A DNA stretch of 63,349 nucleotides. Origin: an uncultured Verrucomicrobiota bacterium (GTDB taxonomy: Bacteria > Verrucomicrobiota > Verrucomicrobiia > Limisphaerales > UBA9464). The stretch lies in NCBI GenBank assembly GCA_903880005.1, contig CAIRNV010000203.1:1-63349 (forward strand), read 5' to 3'. The translations under genes and the position numbers were made by a program. Below are positions 59,900-63,349 of this stretch, piece by piece; within the stretch, counting starts at the first letter, position 1, and every line of letters begins with the position of its first letter. The notes below the pieces were generated by a model that was not told the origin of the DNA, searched no databases, and saw nothing but the letters and a program-made list of their open reading frames with translations.

Positions 59900-60901
59900 T
59901 CAGGACACGCGACCGGGCGCGTCGGTCCATCCCAGCGATTGCCGCACGAGATCCAGATGGTTCCCCTCGGGCGGCCATGGGGCGACGAGGTATCCGCCGT
60001 CCTTGAACAACTGGATCCCGCTGGGGGACGGGCAAAGGACGACGCGGAAGTCACGCCAGCACCGGGCATCGCGCAGGGCGGCGGTGCAACGGCGGACTGT
60101 GTGCCCCGCCCACGGGACGCAGGGCATCCCCGCGAGCCAACCGCACGCTCGCAGGATCCACGGGGTGTGCAGGTGCCCGATCACGGTCGCCGCGATGCAC
60201 GGAAGCGCCCGACGCACGCCGTCCAACCGCGCGAGGAAGGGAAGCGCGGTGGGGTCGTGGCAGAACAAGACCACCCTCCTTCCCCGCGTCGCCGCCTCCC
60301 CGAAGAGGGCGTCGATGGCCCCCAGGTGTTCTCGGTGGGCCCGTTCCCACGTCTCCTGTTCCCCCGCCAGGCCCTCCGCCCGGAACACCGGCCATGCGGC
60401 GAGCGTGGAGGTGATGCCCACCCACCTCCATCCGGGGAAATCCTCGTGCCACAGCCTCGGCAGGCCCAGCTCGGCCTCGCATCGCTCGAGGCTTCGCCAG
60501 CGCGGCCCGCCCGCGCCGCCCACGAGGCTTTTCTTGCCGAGTTCATGGTCCCCGATGACGCCCCGCACGCGGTGTCCATGGGCTGCACGCAACTCGCCCA
60601 AGGCCTCGGCCGCGCTTTCCATGGCGGCGTCGTCGCTCACCCCGACGAAGGCCGTGTCGAGGGAATAGTCCCCGTTGGCCACCACGCGCGTGATGCCCGG
60701 CTCGCGCGCGAGGATGTCACCGAGCCGATGGTTGTGGGCCATGGGGTCGGCCAGCCAGACGTACCGGCGCAGGAGGCGTGCTGTGGCGAGGGCCAGCCAC
60801 CCGGCGGGCAAGGCTTGGTCGAACCCGCGGCGCTGCCGCTCGCGGGGGCCGGCGCGGTGCAGGTCGCTCACCACCAGCAAGCGGCCGGCGTCGCGGTTCA
60901 T
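59900..60901 (-). CDS. Metallophosphoesterase (calcineurin-like)
   Basis: SDLH, NGDY, GDHE, FCHDP, IGHLH. Confidence 0.82.
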   Translation of the reverse strand: MNRDAGRLLVVSDLHRAGPRERQRRGFDQALPAGWLALATARLLRRYVWLADPMAHNHRLGDILAREPGITRVVANGDYSLDTAFVGVSDDAAMESAAEALGELRAAHGHRVRGVIGDHELGKKSLVGGAGGPRWRSLERCEAELGLPRLWHEDFPGWRWVGITSTLAAWPVFRAEGLAGEQETWERAHREHLGAIDALFGEAATRGRRVVLFCHDPTALPFLARLDGVRRALPCIAATVIGHLHTPWILRACGWLAGMPCVPWAGHTVRRCTAALRDARCWRDFRVVLCPSPSGIQLFKDGGYLVAPWPPEGNHLDLVRQSLGWTDAPGRVS

Positions 60902-61785
60902 CCCAGCGACTTCAGGGCGTTCCATGCCGACCCATAGGCCCCGGCCACGTCGCCGAGCTGCGGCGGCACCAAGCGAAGGCTCGCGCCCGCCGGACGCCAC
61001 TCGAACTCCGCGAGGTGTTGTTCCAAGGGGTCGAACAAGGCCGCGCCGGCCTTGGCGATGCCTCCGCCCACGATCACCGCCTCCGGGTCCAGGACGTTGG
61101 CGATGGATGCAATGCACGCGGCCAGCGCCTTGACCGACCGCAGCCACAGGCGGGTGGCCTCCGCGTCGCCCGCCAGGTGCGCCGCAACGAGGTCCCGGGT
61201 GGCCAGGAAACGCCCGGCGCTCCGGTCGCGGACCGTCTTGTTGCCAATCTCCAGCTCGATCGAGCCCGGCGTCCCGACGTCGTCGAGGGGCCCGTTGAAG
61301 TCCACCGTCATGTGCCCGAGGTGCCCCGCGCGACCGAGGTTCCCCTTCAGCAATCGACCGTCCACGATCGCGGCCCCGCCCACGCCCGTGCCCAGCGTCA
61401 GCATGGCGACGTCCGACAGGCCGCGCGCCGCGCCCATCCAGGCCTCGCCCAGCAACGCCGCGTGGGCGTCGTTCAACACGGGCACCACCGAGGGGCGCCC
61501 GAGGTACGTCGTCCAATCCAGCCCCTCCAGCCCGTCGAGCCGACCGGGCAGGTGCGCGATGGCCCGGCCCGAACGCGCGGCAAGGCCCGGCGCCGACACC
61601 CCGACGGCCGCCGCCGTCCCATGGCGCGCCTCGAACCGGGCGATGATGCCGGCCACGGCCCGCGCCCATTCCATGTCGCGGTCCACGAAGGGTTCGTTGG
61701 CCTCGCCCACCAACGTCCCGTCCTCGCCCACGACGACGGCCTTCACCGCGGAGCCGCCCAGGTCTATCCCAACGATCGTTCGCAT
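60898..61785 (-). CDS. ROK family sugar kinase (Cys-less variant)
   Basis: GIDLGGS, LNDAHAALLGE, LTLGTGVGG, VGGGIA. Confidence 0.9.
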   Translation of the reverse strand: MRTIVGIDLGGSAVKAVVVGEDGTLVGEANEPFVDRDMEWARAVAGIIARFEARHGTAAAVGVSAPGLAARSGRAIAHLPGRLDGLEGLDWTTYLGRPSVVPVLNDAHAALLGEAWMGAARGLSDVAMLTLGTGVGGAAIVDGRLLKGNLGRAGHLGHMTVDFNGPLDDVGTPGSIELEIGNKTVRDRSAGRFLATRDLVAAHLAGDAEATRLWLRSVKALAACIASIANVLDPEAVIVGGGIAKAGAALFDPLEQHLAEFEWRPAGASLRLVPPQLGDVAGAYGSAWNALKSLG

Positions 61786-61876
61786 GCCCGCGCCTCCCTC
61801 TCACAGACCCGGACCGGACGGAAGCCTCATTTGCGGGGGCAACCGCCTCGGGCGCTTCTCCGCCATGCCATGACGT

Positions 61877-62722
61877 TCAGACGTCGCAGGCGGCGGCGGC
61901 GTGGCGGAGGGCGAGGGCGCGGTCCTTCCACGTGGGAAGGAATTCCTGGGCGACGAAGCCCTCGTAGGGCGAGTCGGCGACGGCGCGCATGACGGCGGGA
62001 TAGTTGATTTCCTGGGAGTCATCGAGCTCGCCGCGCCCGGGCACGCCGGCGACGTGGAGGTGGCCGATGATGGGCAGCAACGCATGGAACCGGCGGGTCA
62101 TGTCGCCGTGCATCACCTGCACGTGGTAGAAGTCGAACAGGAGCTTCATGCGGGGCGAGTCCACGCGCCGGACCAGGCGGGCGCAGCGGTCGATGTCGTC
62201 GCCGAAGTAGCCGGGATGGCCCTTCATGGGGTGGCCGAGGTCGCGGCTGTTGAGGTGCTCGAGGCACAGGTCCACGCCGGCCTTTTCCGCCAGCGGCATG
62301 ACCTCCTTCCATGCCTCCACGCAGTTTCGCTCGGCGTCGGCGTCCGCGATGGAGGGGTCCCGCATCCCGGTGAAGGTGATGACGCGGCGGGCGCCGAAGC
62401 GCGTGGCGGTCTCGATGCCGCGCTGGAGGGCCTCGACAACCTTGGCGCGGAACTTGGGGTTGAGGGGCCCCTCGGAGAAGCCGTGCGAGCCCACGATGGC
62501 GATCTCCATGCCGAGTTCCCGGATGAGCGGGTAGTGCGAGGGATCGACGCCCTCCATGGCGGCGAACCCGATGTCCTTGCAGAGGCGCGCGAGGTCCGGC
62601 ACGGGCATGGGGTTGTAGGTCCAGCCCATGATGGATTGCCGGATGCGCCGGCGTTGGATGCGGTAGGCGGGGTCCGCCGCGGCGGGCGAGAGGAGGGGCA
62701 GGGGGGAGGAGACTTGGCCCAT
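61877..62722 (-). CDS. Hydroxypyruvate isomerase-like TIM barrel protein
   Basis: LCLEHLNS, LLFDFYHVQVMHGD, HVAGVPGRGE, EINY, AQEF; start uncertain. Confidence 0.88.
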   Translation of the reverse strand: MGQVSSPLPLLSPAAADPAYRIQRRRIRQSIMGWTYNPMPVPDLARLCKDIGFAAMEGVDPSHYPLIRELGMEIAIVGSHGFSEGPLNPKFRAKVVEALQRGIETATRFGARRVITFTGMRDPSIADADAERNCVEAWKEVMPLAEKAGVDLCLEHLNSRDLGHPMKGHPGYFGDDIDRCARLVRRVDSPRMKLLFDFYHVQVMHGDMTRRFHALLPIIGHLHVAGVPGRGELDDSQEINYPAVMRAVADSPYEGFVAQEFLPTWKDRALALRHAAAACDV

Positions 62723-62857
62723 TTGCCCGCGAGGTTGCCCCGGGGCAGGGGGACGGGTCCATCCCCGGATTTGCCCCCTGATTCGCGCGTAAGCCGTTTT
62801 TGAGTGCCCGGTTCTCACCGCACGCGGGGCCGCCGGTGGGTGGACCCAGCAGGATCT

Positions 62858-62963
62858 CTTCGTGTCTTCGCGGCTTCGCGTGATTCAAAAACCGCTTCTT
62901 GTTCGGCGATCCCGTGAGTGATGAAGCTGGAAATGGCTCACACGAGGACACGAAGACACGAAG
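62858..62963. repeat. Inverted pair of 8-nt (CACGAAGA) triple repeats
   Basis: CTTCGTGTCTTCGCGGCTTCGCGTGA (62858-62883) vs TCACACGAGGACACGAAGACACGAAG (62938-62963). Confidence 0.75.
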
Positions 62964-63100
62964 AAGGTGGGGACGTGGGTGCTCAAGACGGGGTTCATGC
63001 CCATCCGCTACGACGGCGTGTTGGCAGCCAGCCAGCCGTGATTCGCTGGGTTGTAGATCGAGAGGGTTCCTCCTGGTGACGCGGGGATTTGGGGGCTCCC

Positions 63101-63349
63101 GGTGCATGAGGGTGATCCGCCCGCAGAGACGCAGAGACGCAGAGTTCTTGCTGACACCTCCGCGTCTCTGCGCCTCCGCGCGCGATTCCCCCCCAGCCCA
63201 TTCCGACAATGGCCGATGCCGTGGGCGGCCGCCGAGGGGCGTCTCCTGGTGCATGAGGGTGATCCGCCCGCAGAGACGCAGAGACGCAGAGTTCTTGCTG
63301 ATACCTCCGCGTCTCTGCGTCTCCGCGGGCGATTCTCCCCCCCAGCCCA
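63101..63349 (+). repeat. Two ~100-bp direct repeats, each an inverted pair of (CGCAGAGA)x3
   Basis: 63101-63200 and 63248-63349 are nearly identical (period 147); each has CGCAGAGACGCAGAGACGCAGAG...CTCCGCGTCTCTGCGYCTCCGCG. Confidence 0.9.

Noticed and set aside
63101-63349. Possible CRISPR array
   Set aside because: Only two units of ~100 bp and no cas genes in the window

Overview
High-GC bacterial chromosomal segment, most likely Verrucomicrobiota (inferred from DUF1501 and PSD1/planctomycete cytochrome c genes, A|FTLIE pseudopilins and FYR-type C-terminal domains). It begins and ends inside short repeats, so it may be a whole assembly contig. It holds about 49 protein genes: housekeeping (uvrB, murJ, fabV, trpB, pyc, moeB/moeZ, thiS, ygiQ-type radical SAM), PVC-type exported proteins, an ECF sigma/anti-sigma/periplasmic sensor trio and a 13-gene type II secretion (T2SS) operon. 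There are two tRNAs (Phe-GAA, Thr-TGT). The main finding is a T2SS secretin apparently split naturally into two separately exported proteins. The break falls inside the last N domain, the N domains carry FG/RGG-rich loops, and an uncharacterised Gly-rich exported protein heads the operon. Two intergenic repeat families separate by gene context. One is a 165-bp MITE with 3-bp TNA target duplications at gene 3' ends. The other is a TIR-bounded REP-hairpin element found only between divergent genes. Also seen: TN-dipeptide enrichment in exported proteins, kb-scale G/C skew switching inside genes, a non-canonical DHPS and a ROK protein without its Zn-binding cysteines. Start codons were chosen by eye and family calls rest on motif recognition, not database searches.
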